62,573 nt of DNA, filler included, from Rhabdomonas costata (GCA_019059605.1; 40 parts of 40 records of this genome joined end to end with filler, not necessarily neighbours in it), one strand, 5' to 3'. Positions 1 to 11,511 are shown, counted from the whole stretch's first letter. The notes: generated by a model from the letters alone, not told the origin. Made by a program: numbers and translations.

Positions 1-102
1 GTGGTTGTGTGTATACACATTTTTATTCGATTCTGCGATTCCACTGATGTGTCAAGAACTCCCTTGCCCTTTGCCGGCAACCATCATCATGCATTTGCAC
101 AG

Positions 103-1310
103 CGCCTACGTATGCTCCGAGCCCCGCCTCTCCCCCGGCTGGGGTGGACTTTTCCGTGCAACTCTCGGGTCCTGGGCTTGGTCTCGGAGACCTTTTCGCG
201 GCCCTTCCCTGGGGCCAGTCCTGCGGCGATGGCGTCCCCGTCGACATGGAGCGCGTTCGCGCGCGCTGCCTGTCGGGCTTCAGTCCCTCCAACTTCAGCA
301 CAGGAGGGCTGTGCTGGTCCGTCTCCAGCCTCGGCCTCCCTTCCCCGGGGACGTACCGCCTGTGCTACGCGTTTGACTCTGTGTCGTGGGTGCCGCTCAG
401 CCGCCCTCTGACTGTCGGTTTGCGTGTGTGTCTTGTGAATGGAACTTATGGCATCGTTTTGTTCATCCAGAGGTGGGCCTATTTTGGCTCTTCCCTCGGA
501 GCAGGAACTTCATTCCGTGAGGTCTACCCTTTGACTTGTTTGTTTGTTTGTTTGTTGTTTGTTTGTGCTCCATTGTTTCCTAACTTTCATTGCTAAGTGA
601 CTTCTTTGCACTACATGAGAGCAAAAGGCTCGCACGCACCTGACTGCTTTTCGAAAGCCGTCAATTGACTGCCTGTCTCTCTCACTGTCTGTGCTTGCGG
701 TTGGATGGGGTGGTGCCTTTCTCACCGCAGGAACTACCACTTTGGCCTCCCGCTCGTGGCTTCTGGTGCTGAACATTGTCGTTGTCGCGGTAGTGGCCCG
801 GCTGTGCAGCTTCCTGGCACACTGGTTCGAGCAGCCCCGGATTATGGGGGACATTGTCGGGGGGATGCTTCTGGGGAAGGACATCATGGGCCCCACTGCG
901 TTCGCCGCGTTCTGCCCTCCGCAAAACGTGTTCTCCCTGCGAGTGCTGGGGTACCTGGGGCTGATGATGGCCGCGATGAGCGCGGGGAGCAGCTTTGACT
1001 GGCGCGTGCTTCGCGGGGAGTATGGCAAGGCCCTGGCGTACACCGCGCTGAACGTGGTGCTGCCTGGGCTGCTGGCCCTGCCCCTGGCTACCTTCCTGCC
1101 CGACGACAGCACCTACCGGGGCCCGGAGTACGACCCAGTGATCTATGTGCTGTTCCTGGTGTGCGTGATGGCCTCCTCGGCGCTGCCGTTTGTTTTCCTG
1201 ATCTTGGAGGAGCTGAAGATCAGCGACCGCCACAGCCGGTTCAGTATTGGGGTGGCGTGCATGTCCACGGTGCTGCTATTCTCGATTGTCTCTGCCGCGG
1301 TTTCCCTCAG
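103..1310 (+). CDS. Cation/H+ exchanger (CPA2, CHX/Kha1-like), partial; exons 103-417 and 731-1310
   Basis: QPRIMGDIVGGMLLG, LGYLGLMM and SSALPFVFLILEELK motifs plus multiple TM helices. The GT-AG intron 418-730 (phase 1, G|GA) joins both exons in frame. Confidence 0.85.
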
Positions 1311-1469
1311 GTACTGGGATCTCTTGGGGGTTTTCCCTTGGGTGTTTTTTCTTTTTTGCTCTCTTTCCTTCTTTCTTTCTTTTGTGAAAAAGCTGTCAGA
1401 CACTAATGGAGATTTAATAACGTGGTCCATTGGTTTGTTTTGAATCGCAACATAGTTCCGGCGATTCGA

Positions 1470-1569
1470 NNNNNNNNNNNNNNNNNNNNNNNNNNNNNNN
1501 NNNNNNNNNNNNNTTAATTAATTAANNNNNNNNNNNNNNNNNNNNNNNNNNNNNNNNNNNNNNNNNNNN
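1470..1569. other. Artificial contig linker, first of 39 identical 100-bp spacers recurring about every 1,567 bp
   Basis: 44 N + TTAATTAATTAA (stop codons in all six frames) + 44 N. The intervening contigs are nearly identical in length (1,459-1,471 bp), i.e. a length-sorted concatenation. Confidence 0.99.
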
Positions 1570-2838
1570 CTCCATGTCTGTCTAAGATAACGAGCACCGC
1601 CTGCTGGAAATGTCTGCGGAGACAACCTCACGCTGCATTACTGCTGATACCCACGTGTATCGTGTTTCGCACACAGGCAGAGTGAATGATACCAACACAT
1701 GGCTAGCCAAAACATCAAACACCCACACACACCAACCCACAAATCGACACACACGTGCACACACCAACTTCAACACCGCACCAATGGTGTTGAAGAAGCT
1801 ACAAACCATGACACAAAATGTTTTCGTATCCAGGCAGCGCGAACATCAGCTTTCTTTTTCTATTTACATTACGGAACCTGGCTCCAAGTGTTCTGATATT
1901 CTCCATTTGTAAAAGCTGGTTCACACTCATTGTTGCATTTGTTTCTTTGTACCGATGCTGTCGTTTTTATATATGTGAGTCACCTCATGCACTCCTAATC
2001 TGTACGTCTCGTACGAGGCTTTTCGTTGCACAGTCTTGGCGCCTGTTACACACTCCGTTGTATGTTTTTATCCTCAAACGTTTCTGTTCATTTTCAAAAC
2101 CCACACTATATTTCGAAGTTAAATTTATCAAACCACCACGCCATCAACGCCAGCGGTAACAAATGTGTAACAAAGGTCAACTTTTCTTGCCATTCCATTA
2201 GAGTCGTTGCTGCGATGTTTTGCAGGCACAATACCACTTGCCATTTTAGTGCATTTTTTCTACCTCATTTTGAATTTTTATGACGAAGAACATCGGCTAA
2301 TAATCCTCTACTAGCTTAAATAACATTCCACATCGTCGAACAATTTGTGCTACTAAAATAATGGCCATGGGACACTCTTACATAAGTGGGGAATTCAAAT
2401 GAAACATCTTTTTGCCAGTCTTTTATAATAAATGATGCCGAGGTTCCGGAATAGAGAAAAGCAAAATGTGTGTTGCTCCAACTCAAACTGGAAAAAGAGC
2501 AAATGCATAGTGGTGGCGGCTGTGGCGCTCATCATCTTATGTAGACACAAATTCCTTACAATTGGTAGTAATGTGAAAATGGAATTAAGCAATACAGCCA
2601 CAGGGTTTTTGGTTTCAACCAAAGCTCCACAGAGCAATTGTTGCAAATTCTTTGATAACACCGCAACTGGCAAAGATATTGAAGGACTTTTTCAGCTCCC
2701 AGACAACACAAACGTCTTTGCACGTAATTAATGTGCTCGGTAAAGAAAGGACACTGCGCGTGGCAGATTGATATCGGCAGCTTAAGAACAACTCAGAGAC
2801 AGCTCACTCTGAGACAACTCCAAACACGGCGCGGCCTT

Positions 2839-2908
2839 CTACTGACCTGAGGCTTATCTTCTGAAATCAGACGGGTTCAGGCGTTTTCCCCATAGTATGG
2901 CCGTACGC
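2839..2908 (-). pseudogene. 5' ~70 nt of 5S rRNA (truncated pseudogene or 5S-derived SINE head)
   Basis: Reverse complement GCGTACGGCCATACTATGGGGAAAACGCCTGAACCCGTCTGATTTCAGAAGATAAGCC matches the 5' half of eukaryotic (Euglena-like) 5S including box A. Box C and the 3' stem are not seen. Confidence 0.85.
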
Positions 2909-2910
2909 GT

Positions 2911-3037
2911 AGTGTCTGCAAGCACGCCCACTACGCTGCCCTGTACGCCTACCTGTACGAGCTGGAGTGGCCCCACCTGAGGCTCTCCGAGCAGGCCCGC
3001 GCGGACCGCAACATCACCTTCGTGGAGCTGGCGATCG
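2911..3037 (+). mobile_element. Coding fragment resembling the C-terminal region of a non-LTR retrotransposon ORF
   Basis: Open, GC3-rich frame HYAALYAYLYELEWP...NITFVELAI(D). This L-x-W...ITFxELxxD pattern is recalled from protist LINE C-termini. It could instead be a host exon after the AG at 2911-2912. Confidence 0.4.
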
Positions 3038-3139
3038 NNNNNNNNNNNNNNNNNNNNNNNNNNNNNNNNNNNNNNNNNNNNTTAATTAATTAANNNNNNN
3101 NNNNNNNNNNNNNNNNNNNNNNNNNNNNNNNNNNNNNTG

Positions 3140-4300
3140 CGGCACGTTTCCATTCCATCCCATTTGAAATGCTGGAACTGGATCACATTGGCTATCGACC
3201 ACTCCTAAGAATGCTAACAAAGAGCTTCAACCCTACAAGCTGTTTCACAAAAGACAAAACTGCCTTACATTGTGGTGAAGTTTGACCGCTATGTTCTAAA
3301 AATTCACACATGCCAACAGAAAGCGGTAAGTTCACCTCCAGCTCGGTATCAGTGCATGGGAATTTCATTTTGTGCTACTGTGCCAAGTTGGAACGGAGGT
3401 GTGGTCCACTTTCAGTTGGGAAACTTGAACAGAATGATCCGTTCAGTTACCAGATAATTAATACCGACATCATTTTAGCAGCAATGAGGACGTTATTCTG
3501 TGCATCGCGGTGTTTTTTGCAGTCCGAAAGAGCTTTGCTGTCGTACTTAGGTGGATCTCTTTGCAAGCCTACAGCATTTTTTGACTGACCATGATGACAC
3601 CGAGTCCGAAGGCTACAATGCCTTGAACACCACTGGCACCCTACCAGATCAACCAATTCACACTGGTCACTTCTGGATTAGTTTTTTCCAAAACAACTCG
3701 GCTGAAAAGAGCCGGGTGCTCCTTTCAATTCTTACCAGCACTAAGTATATTGGTACCAAATGATCAAAAGTCTTCTACGGGTTCGGCATTAGTTGAGGCA
3801 GCCGTTGTTTTTGGAAGAAAACAGCTCGCTAAGACGGAGTCCGAAGGTCTTTCAGTGTATTAATCTTTATTGATGTGACTTCAGCCACACCATTGTGGTA
3901 ACGTTTCGCTTGCACCACATTCAGATCATGGAGTCCGCTGCTCAATCACACACATTTGGCACATACCGTTTACTGCCAACAGCATGGAATCTGTCGTTCA
4001 TCGCAGTGATAAATCCTACACAAGGGCGTGGCAACCACATGGGAAACATCGGGCAAAGCAACCCCATTTAGCAGCACCATTTCGACTGTTAAATGAGTTC
4101 TTTTGTGGCCAAAACCAGTAAAACTCAGTTAATAACAGTATGGTTCCATCAAGGTTTTCAGGAATAAATGGAAGGGTGTCGCGAACTGGACTGGTTCCGG
4201 CAAAATGTGTGCCAATTTCCACCCTTGGCTTTGACCTGGATGGACCTGGCTGTACCTGGCTGTGTGACATATGTTGCCGGTTTGCCACCGCTAAAATCGT
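3140..4300 (+). mobile_element. Decayed hAT-family DNA transposase
   Basis: SIPFEMLE..GYRPLLRMLTKSFNPTS near 3140-3250 (Hermes-type DNA-binding region) and WFRQNVCQFPPLAL near 4190-4240 (hAT dimerisation motif). Many stops/frameshifts, lower GC, no intron pattern. Confidence 0.5.
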
Positions 4301-4705
4301 TCCTCTTAAAAAAACTCATCCACAAATGGGTCTTCCAAGCCAAAGACAATGGGAAGAAGGCCGTTTACTTGGTTCCTGCGGCCGCCGCAGCCACGAGAGC
4401 TACGGCTTCAAAAGGAAGCGCCTGAACCGAAGAACTACATGAAGCAGCAAAAAGAATCTGCACCGGAAGAAAAAAGACGACATTACGACCAACGCACCAA
4501 ACGTTGCAAGATTGGATGTTGCACACTGGTAGCCGGAACCGCCAAAATTTCCACCGCAGAAATGTCCTGACGTTTCCTCGACGTCGTAAACGGTACCGCA
4601 GATTANNNNNNNNNNNNNNNNNNNNNNNNNNNNNNNNNNNNNNNNNNNNTTAATTAATTAANNNNNNNNNNNNNNNNNNNNNNNNNNNNNNNNNNNNNNN
4701 NNNNN

Positions 4706-6049
4706 GGTGGGTGATGGCGAACGCGAGGGGCTAGAGGAAAGACTAGTTGAAGGAGTGGAAGTAAGTGACACGGTAGAAGAAGAAGTGTCTGTAATGTTCC
4801 ATGTGAACGTTCGAGAAACAGCGGTAGAGCGACTTAGGGTGAGAGTCTTCGCCGGAGTAACGGTTGCGGTCGAAGGCGGGGAAACGGAGCGGCTGGCGGT
4901 AGGGCTCGGTGTGCGCTGGGATGTCCACGACAATGATTCGGTGGCTGCCTTACTGATCGTGAGAGAGGCACTCGCTGTTGCAGTATCTCGGTCGGTTGCG
5001 GACAAGGTGCGGGTTTGCGTCACCTGTGCAAAGCTTTCCGTATTAGTTGAAGATTTCGTGGTGGTACTGGTAATCGCGAGACTCACGGACATCGAAGTGG
5101 TGACAAGCCTCGTAAGAGATGCGGTAGGCACCTGGGAGAAGGTGGGGGAGATGGTAGGCGTAGGTGAAGGAGTTGGAGGTGGACTGCAAGAAGGAGTCAA
5201 CGAGAAACTTCCGGTCGGCTTAAAAGTTTCACTGATGGTTGAAGTGGGCGTCTTGGTGAGGCTGGACCACGAGAGAGATCGAGAGGAACTGAGTGAAAGG
5301 CTCGGAGTTGCGGTTGCTCTGAAGGTACTTGAGCATGTTGAGGACACGGATGCAGTTACCACGTCCTTGCTTTCGCTCTGTGTTGTGGTCAGCGTCAGAG
5401 AGTGTCGCAAAGTAGAAGTTTTTGTCACAGTGGGAGCAACAGGACGGGTAAAGGAAGAGGAAGCACTTTCACTGCTCGTCAAAGTCGGGGTTGATGACCT
5501 CGACAGCGTGGGAAAAGGACTAATTGAGGGAGATGGGCTCCCTGTAAGGCTTTCAGCTGGGGTCAGCGACACACTCAGAGTATATGGGGGAAGTTGAGAA
5601 CGAGTTGAGCTGTACGTTTTGGAAAGGGTGCGCGAAATTGTTCGAGGAGATGTCGAAGTCAAAGAGACTGAGGAGGAGTACGTGGGACTTGCTCGGCGAC
5701 TGGATGAGGATGTGATAGTACTGCTCAAAGTGTGGCTGACGGACGCGTAGACTGAATAGCTGGAGCTGTGCGTAATCGTGAGAAGCACCGTCAATGTGGA
5801 TGACGCAACGGGTGTGGAAGAAAAAGACGGCGTGAGCGACGCAGAAGGCGTGCTGGGAGTGGAGCTGGGAGTCTGAGTGGGTGTCTTCGTTTTGGAGCTC
5901 GTTAGGCTGCGTAGGAAGCTCAGAGTGGGCGAAAGGCTTGAGGAAAGGGTCGCAGTGACGTCGTACGTCAGTGTGGCAGTTGGGGTCATAGTAATGCGGA
6001 GTACGGTGGGGGTCAATGTGCTGGTTGGCTCCCGCGTGAGAGTGTGGGA
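4706..6049 (-). CDS. Ser/Thr/Pro-rich mucin-like protein segment, partial
   Basis: About 445 uninterrupted codons dominated by S, T, P and L; open to the contig edge. Confidence 0.8.
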
Positions 6050-6273
6050 GTTTAACCATCACGCCTAAGCTCACGCCGACGCCGACCTTTTCCCTCACGG
6101 TCAGTGCAGATCCTACGAAGTCGCTTTCGCGCACGCGCACTACGTCTGTGACCTCAGGGCTTTCAGCAACGACNNNNNNNNNNNNNNNNNNNNNNNNNNN
6201 NNNNNNNNNNNNNNNNNTTAATTAATTAANNNNNNNNNNNNNNNNNNNNNNNNNNNNNNNNNNNNNNNNNNNN

Positions 6274-7741
6274 GGCCGTGCCGCAAATTGACACCAAGAG
6301 GCCCCGTGTGTCCATGACATACACCCCGGACATGTAAATGGGAAGCGCACACGATAGCACCATGCCGCCGATACCCATCCAGTACATCATCGTCTCCTTC
6401 CGCGTCACGCCCAGGGCATGCTCCCGATGCTCTTTGAAGGTGAGATTGGCGGACATATCAAGCATATCCATTTCGACGGGCATGTATAAGCCCCCTCGGT
6501 ACCGGAAATACTGATTAGACGAGGGGTCCCTTACTACACAGCGGACCCACTCATTTCGAATCAGTCGGTGTATATCCTCTCTTCGCCCCAAAACGGCTCT
6601 CACCCGATCCACTGGTGCGTCGATGACAATCAGAGCACGAATGGGCACGTGCATTTCGGTCATCTGAGTGGGTAGCCCGGGCCGCAGGTCCCCTCTGGTG
6701 CCCTGCAGAACCCCGATGTTGCCCACGACATTCAGAGGGGCCTTCGTGCCTGGGCCATGGTGCTCGTGACTGATGGTGGAGTACAGATACTCCAGGTTGA
6801 TGCCGGAGGCCACCACAAGAGCGGGAGCCAGCACCAGCTCCAGGTTCGTACCTCTCTCATCGTCCGCAAACGGGTCGTAAGAAGGCAAAAAGGCACGCCG
6901 GTCAAGAAAGCGGCCCTTGGTGAGCTCTCGCCGACCCACTACCACGGCCGCATTAGTCGCATGGTTGAGTTCAGGCCGCGCTTCGGCGGGGTCAATCGAG
7001 CGAAGGAGAACGTGCCGAAGGGCCTCCTTCTCCGTCTTTACTTCCGCGGCGAGCAAAAATCTCTGGCATCTCTCAAAGGCATTCTTCCCGCGCGCCTGCT
7101 CCAGAACCCCTTGGGCGGCTGCAAAGCGCTCACTGTGAGACCCCGGGAGGGCATCCAAATCGTAATACGTGATGGTTTCTGCAGTGGTGTTGTGCAGAGC
7201 CCCGATAAAGACGGTGTCATCCGGGATGGTGATGTCATGATTCTGTCAACAAAAAGATAACGTCTTAAAAACGTCAAAACCCAAGTCAACACATTGACAC
7301 CCATTGAAGCCCACCAGATGCCCTACTCCACCAACAAGAAGAACAGAAAGAAAATGACAAAAAAATGAACATTACTGACCTTCTTGAGATGCTCCCGCAC
7401 AACTCGGTCGTTAGCCAGCCGCGCGAAGAGCCGGGCGTTCGGGCCACCCTCGTGACCACAGCATGCGCCGCAGTTATATGCCGCCATGAACGGATTGTTC
7501 ACACTGGTGGCGCCGTGGCCCATCACAATCACAACAGGTGCGAAGCGACGAGTTTCTTGGACGCCAACGTTCTTGAAAGTTTGAGCCAGCAACGTGGCCC
7601 CCACATCTGGCGGAAAGGGCAGCTGAAAGTCGGTCCGCGGGGCCTTCACAAACCGGTCCAGAAGATCCTTCAGTTTCTGCCGAATAATGGGGGCAAACCC
7701 AAATACGTACAGCCGTGCAAGAGACAGAGGAAACAACAAAC
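6274..7741 (-). CDS. dabA: DabA/MpsB-like (DUF2309/UPF0753) inorganic carbon pump subunit with C-terminal membrane extension, partial; exons 7741-7380 and 7242-6274
   Basis: Motifs in canonical order: FAPVVIVMGHG-NNP-CGACCG-GPNAR, IPDDTVFIGALHNTT, RSIDPAEARPE, LDRRAFLPSYD, INLEYLYST, GTKAPLNVVGNIGVLQGTRGDLRPGLP, LIRNEWV. A 137-bp phase-0 GT-AG intron (7379-7243) restores the frame exactly. Confidence 0.95.
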
Positions 7742-7927
7742 NNNNNNNNNNNNNNNNNNNNNNNNNNNNNNNNNNNNNNNNNNNNTTAATTAATTAANNN
7801 NNNNNNNNNNNNNNNNNNNNNNNNNNNNNNNNNNNNNNNNNCGTTTCAAGGCGGTTGAGACCTGATACCAGGGGTTTCCAATCGCCATTGCTCGTCAGTA
7901 ATGTCCAGTTTGGTTTTGGCACCTCAG

Positions 7928-9300
7928 GTGTACTCCTTTGGCAGTGACGGGGACTTTTCCTTCGAGGAGCACCTCCTGTCGGTGGCCCCGCAGTGTGAGG
8001 TGCACACCTTCGACCCCGGTAACTTCGCTGTGCGGGTATGTGACATATGCATTTCTCGAAGCGTCGCGCCCTGGCCACCGATTTTTTCTACTTTTAGTGC
8101 TGTGTCTGAAGTGCCTGGGCTAAGGGCGGCCCTTTCCTCTCGGGCATGAAGAACCAAGAGCTTCCGATGTGCGCTCAGACTCACATCTGCGACGAGTGTA
8201 AGTAGAGCTTCGTCTAAGATCATGTCGTTGTGGCCACAGTCACCATTGGCGTCCGTGCCAACCAATCCGGCTTGGTGTACCACAGAGCCCGAGCCGGAGC
8301 TGGATCCGTTGTGACCGTTTCATCGTTCCCATGGCCCCAGGGCGTGGGAAGGGTACTGAAGATGTTGTAAGGGCACCAAAAAACACAATTGAGAAAATAT
8401 GTTGGTCAACCCCGCCAACACACTCCATGACAAATCTGTGGCAAGGGAATGACATGGGCGGGACAATGACAAGAGACTTTTGGGAACTTAAGCGCCAACG
8501 CCCAGCCAACGCCCCCTCTGGGTTATGTCGAATCTGTGGAGTGTGGTCTCATCCTGGTCGACCCCACCGGGAGTTTATTCCTGGGTTACCACACTGGGAG
8601 TGGAACACAGAGTCCGAGCTGCCTGTGAGCGGCGGAGGCTGTTGTGGAGTGAAGTGTTTGTGGACAGCGCCCGTGTGTGTCGTTTCGGCTCAAGCCCGTT
8701 AACGCCCTTCTCAGCCAAAAGGGCACCCCCCCCCTGCAGTCGAGCCGCCTCGTAGGGGGCTAGAAAGCGATGCTTGGGTTGGAAGGCGATAGGCGTGCCC
8801 CCTGGGATTCCAAGAGACTTTGCAGGGGGTTAGCAGGCGATTCATGGGGTAGGGATGCTCTTCACAAGTTGCGTGCACCGCGTTTGCACGTTGTCTCTTT
8901 GTCGTTACTGGTGTGTTTCATGTGCTGTTCCTATGGGACCTTAATGGACGAAACGGTATCGTAACCGTCACACCACTTGGAACCCATTCCGCTGCAAACT
9001 TCAATCTTGACAAAGCATTACCTCAAACTCAAGGTAGGCTCTGAGTTGCGCGCATTCACGTCCCTTTCTAAATAGATCCCCAAGGATCTAAAGGTGGTCT
9101 ACCACCGGTGGGGGCCCAACCTCACCGATCGGGCCCCGCTGTACTCCCTGGCCACCATCCTGCGAAAGCTCCACCACGACCATGTGGACGTCCTGAAGAT
9201 CGACGTGGAGGGCTTCGAGCTGCGGATCTTCCCCGAGATCTTCACCGTCCCCCGCCGCCATGCCGGGGTGGGTCCCGTGGGGGTGCTACTGATGGAGCTG
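7928..9300 (+). CDS. METTL24/Methyltransf_22-like SAM methyltransferase, partial; exons 7928-8035 and 9076-9300
   Basis: VYSFG..DFSFE..CEVHTFDP and SLATILRKLHHDHVDVLKIDVEGFE motifs. Phase-0 intron GTATGT...TAG at 8036-9075. Confidence 0.85.
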
Positions 9301-11511
9301 NNNNNNNNNNNNNNNNNNNNNNNNNNNNNNNNNNNNNNNNNNNNTTAATTAATTAANNNNNNNNNNNNNNNNNNNNNNNNNNNNNNNNNNNNNNNNNNNN
9401 TCTGCGTCGGAGGGCTTCGAGTCCCCCAGCTTGCGGGATCCCCTTTTTCCTTCTTCCTTCTCATTCGCTGCAAGTTTGCTCTCTCCGTGTGGGACCCCCA
9501 CTGTTGAGACAAAATTTGAAGAAAAAAACAGAAAATCAATGCAGCCGGCCAGGGGTGAAACGACCGGCGGCAGTGGGCCCCATCTGCAAAAGCTGTCTGA
9601 CTTCCGCAGCAGCCGCGAGCATTGTACAGCGGAAGCGTGATTTAGATTTTTCAAGCAAAGCCCCAAATCTTAAAATGGCATAAATGCTTCTGAAATGCAG
9701 TTATATTTAACAGAAATGCTTCGGGAAACGCATTCATGCTTAGCATAAATAGCAGCATAAATGCAGCGCAAAAGGGGGGAAGGGGGGGGGGTGTTCAGCA
9801 GCCTGTAGCCTGTGATGGACGCAACGGGGACCTGACGTAGTTGTTCTGTGGCTCGCGTATTGACCAAAGACATCGAAACATCAAGAAGGGGAGGGAAACA
9901 TTGCAAGCACAGTAATTCTTTCATTTTTCTCTTTGCGGAACAAGACACTGGGGGGTATTAAGTAGGGAACCTGGTACACGTGGACCCCATTTCAAGCACA
10001 AGCACTCCCATTTGAAGGCCAATTAGAAACCTGAGAAGCAGCCTTTCGAATTTACTAGTGCACACTATTCTCAGTCTGCAGACGTCTGGCCCAGTTTCCC
10101 TTTGCCAGTTTTGCTTTCCAGAAGCCAGCGCCTTTGTCTTCTCTGTGCACTGGTGCTGTGTGTATTTGTAAAAGATAAAAGAACTGAAATATTTCTGTTC
10201 ATTTTTATATATTTATCACTGCCCCCAGTCCCGAAACGCTGCGTGGCCGGTCCTTGGGGTCAGGAGATTCCCGATCTTTCACCCTCAGCCGGTTGTAGTG
10301 CCCCTTGGTGGCTGTTTTGTAACCCTTTTGCTCCTCTTCTTGCCCCACGCGGCGGAGAGTTTACGACAGCACCTATAACGTACTTTACAACGAAACTCAC
10401 GCCGAAAGGGACTAGGCAACTGGCTCTGGGCCGCGTGAAGCCCACAAAAATCACCTCAACACTGCATCACTGTCACCCCATGTTCACTGTTTCCCAACTA
10501 GTTGTGTGCTTTTTCGCGTAGTTCTCCACCTTGCCCCTGCCCCTGTAAGCTGGTTCGTGATGGTTCATATCTCCAACCCGAACGCCGTTATTTTTCGGCT
10601 TGCCTGGCCAGAAAACAGTGCATGCGGCTCGGGGAGGAGCTGGTGGTGTGCTCTAAGCGGCTGTGGAGGCGCCTCTCCAGTGCGGTGGCCCGGTCGCTGC
10701 TCTGCGGTATTGGGACGGGTCCTGGGCAGTCCGCTCCGGGTTCCGTACCAGCGGAACCCTGAACACTACCAGCAGCCTTGCGCTGAAGCCCGTACGTGGG
10801 TAGGTTCGTAGAGCTTCCACTCCTGATTGTTGTTCATGCTGCCGCCTCGCGACAGCCCATTGTCCTTTGNNNNNNNNNNNNNNNNNNNNNNNNNNNNNNN
10901 NNNNNNNNNNNNNTTAATTAATTAANNNNNNNNNNNNNNNNNNNNNNNNNNNNNNNNNNNNNNNNNNNNTTGTTTTGGGATGGTAGTGGAGTTGATTCCA
11001 ATTGGTATTTTCTCAGAAAAATTTTGGGAGGAGGGGGGAGGGGAACAAAATTCGCATGCAATTTCAAGCTTGCCTTAGTTTCATCAGAGATTACACAGGA
11101 ATGTATCAATATATGCATCAATATCGAATACCAAATCGAGAAAAATGTACCCCCGCGCAAGCGATGCAGAATCAGACATCGAGTGCCCACAGTCACAACC
11201 TTTAGCAATGATGACGTAAATCTTACACATCAAGTACCAGCAGTGATTTTAACGAGTAAGAAATAGCACCCTGTATGTCCCAAAATCCAAAATCGGTAAT
11301 TTGTGCCAAGCGCTCTCTCTCTCTCTCTTTAAACTTACTTCAGTTTAAGACCGCGCTACTGATAATTGAATGGCGTCGACACACGTTTGGCCGCTATAGA
11401 TGAGCACCTTCCCATCACGCCCACAAAATATCCGCACTCCCGGACACGCAAGAGCCAAAGAAGTGGTCAAAAAGGGATGCCAAGCAAGGCACAAGGATGT
11501 GGGCAGGCCAC

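Noticed and set aside
1470-1569. Regularly spaced TTAATTAATTAA as a CRISPR-like or biological repeat; ORFs ending in XXX-LIN
   Set aside because: It is a synthetic six-frame stop linker embedded in Ns. No CRISPR array or cas gene was seen.
2400-3037. Spliced-leader RNA gene linked to 5S, as known in euglenids
   Set aside because: No recognisable SL exon plus GT donor near the 5S fragment, and the 5S copy itself is truncated.
4707-5597. 296-aa V/E/G-rich ORF on the plus strand
   Set aside because: It is the antisense shadow of the Ser/Thr-rich mucin-like frame.
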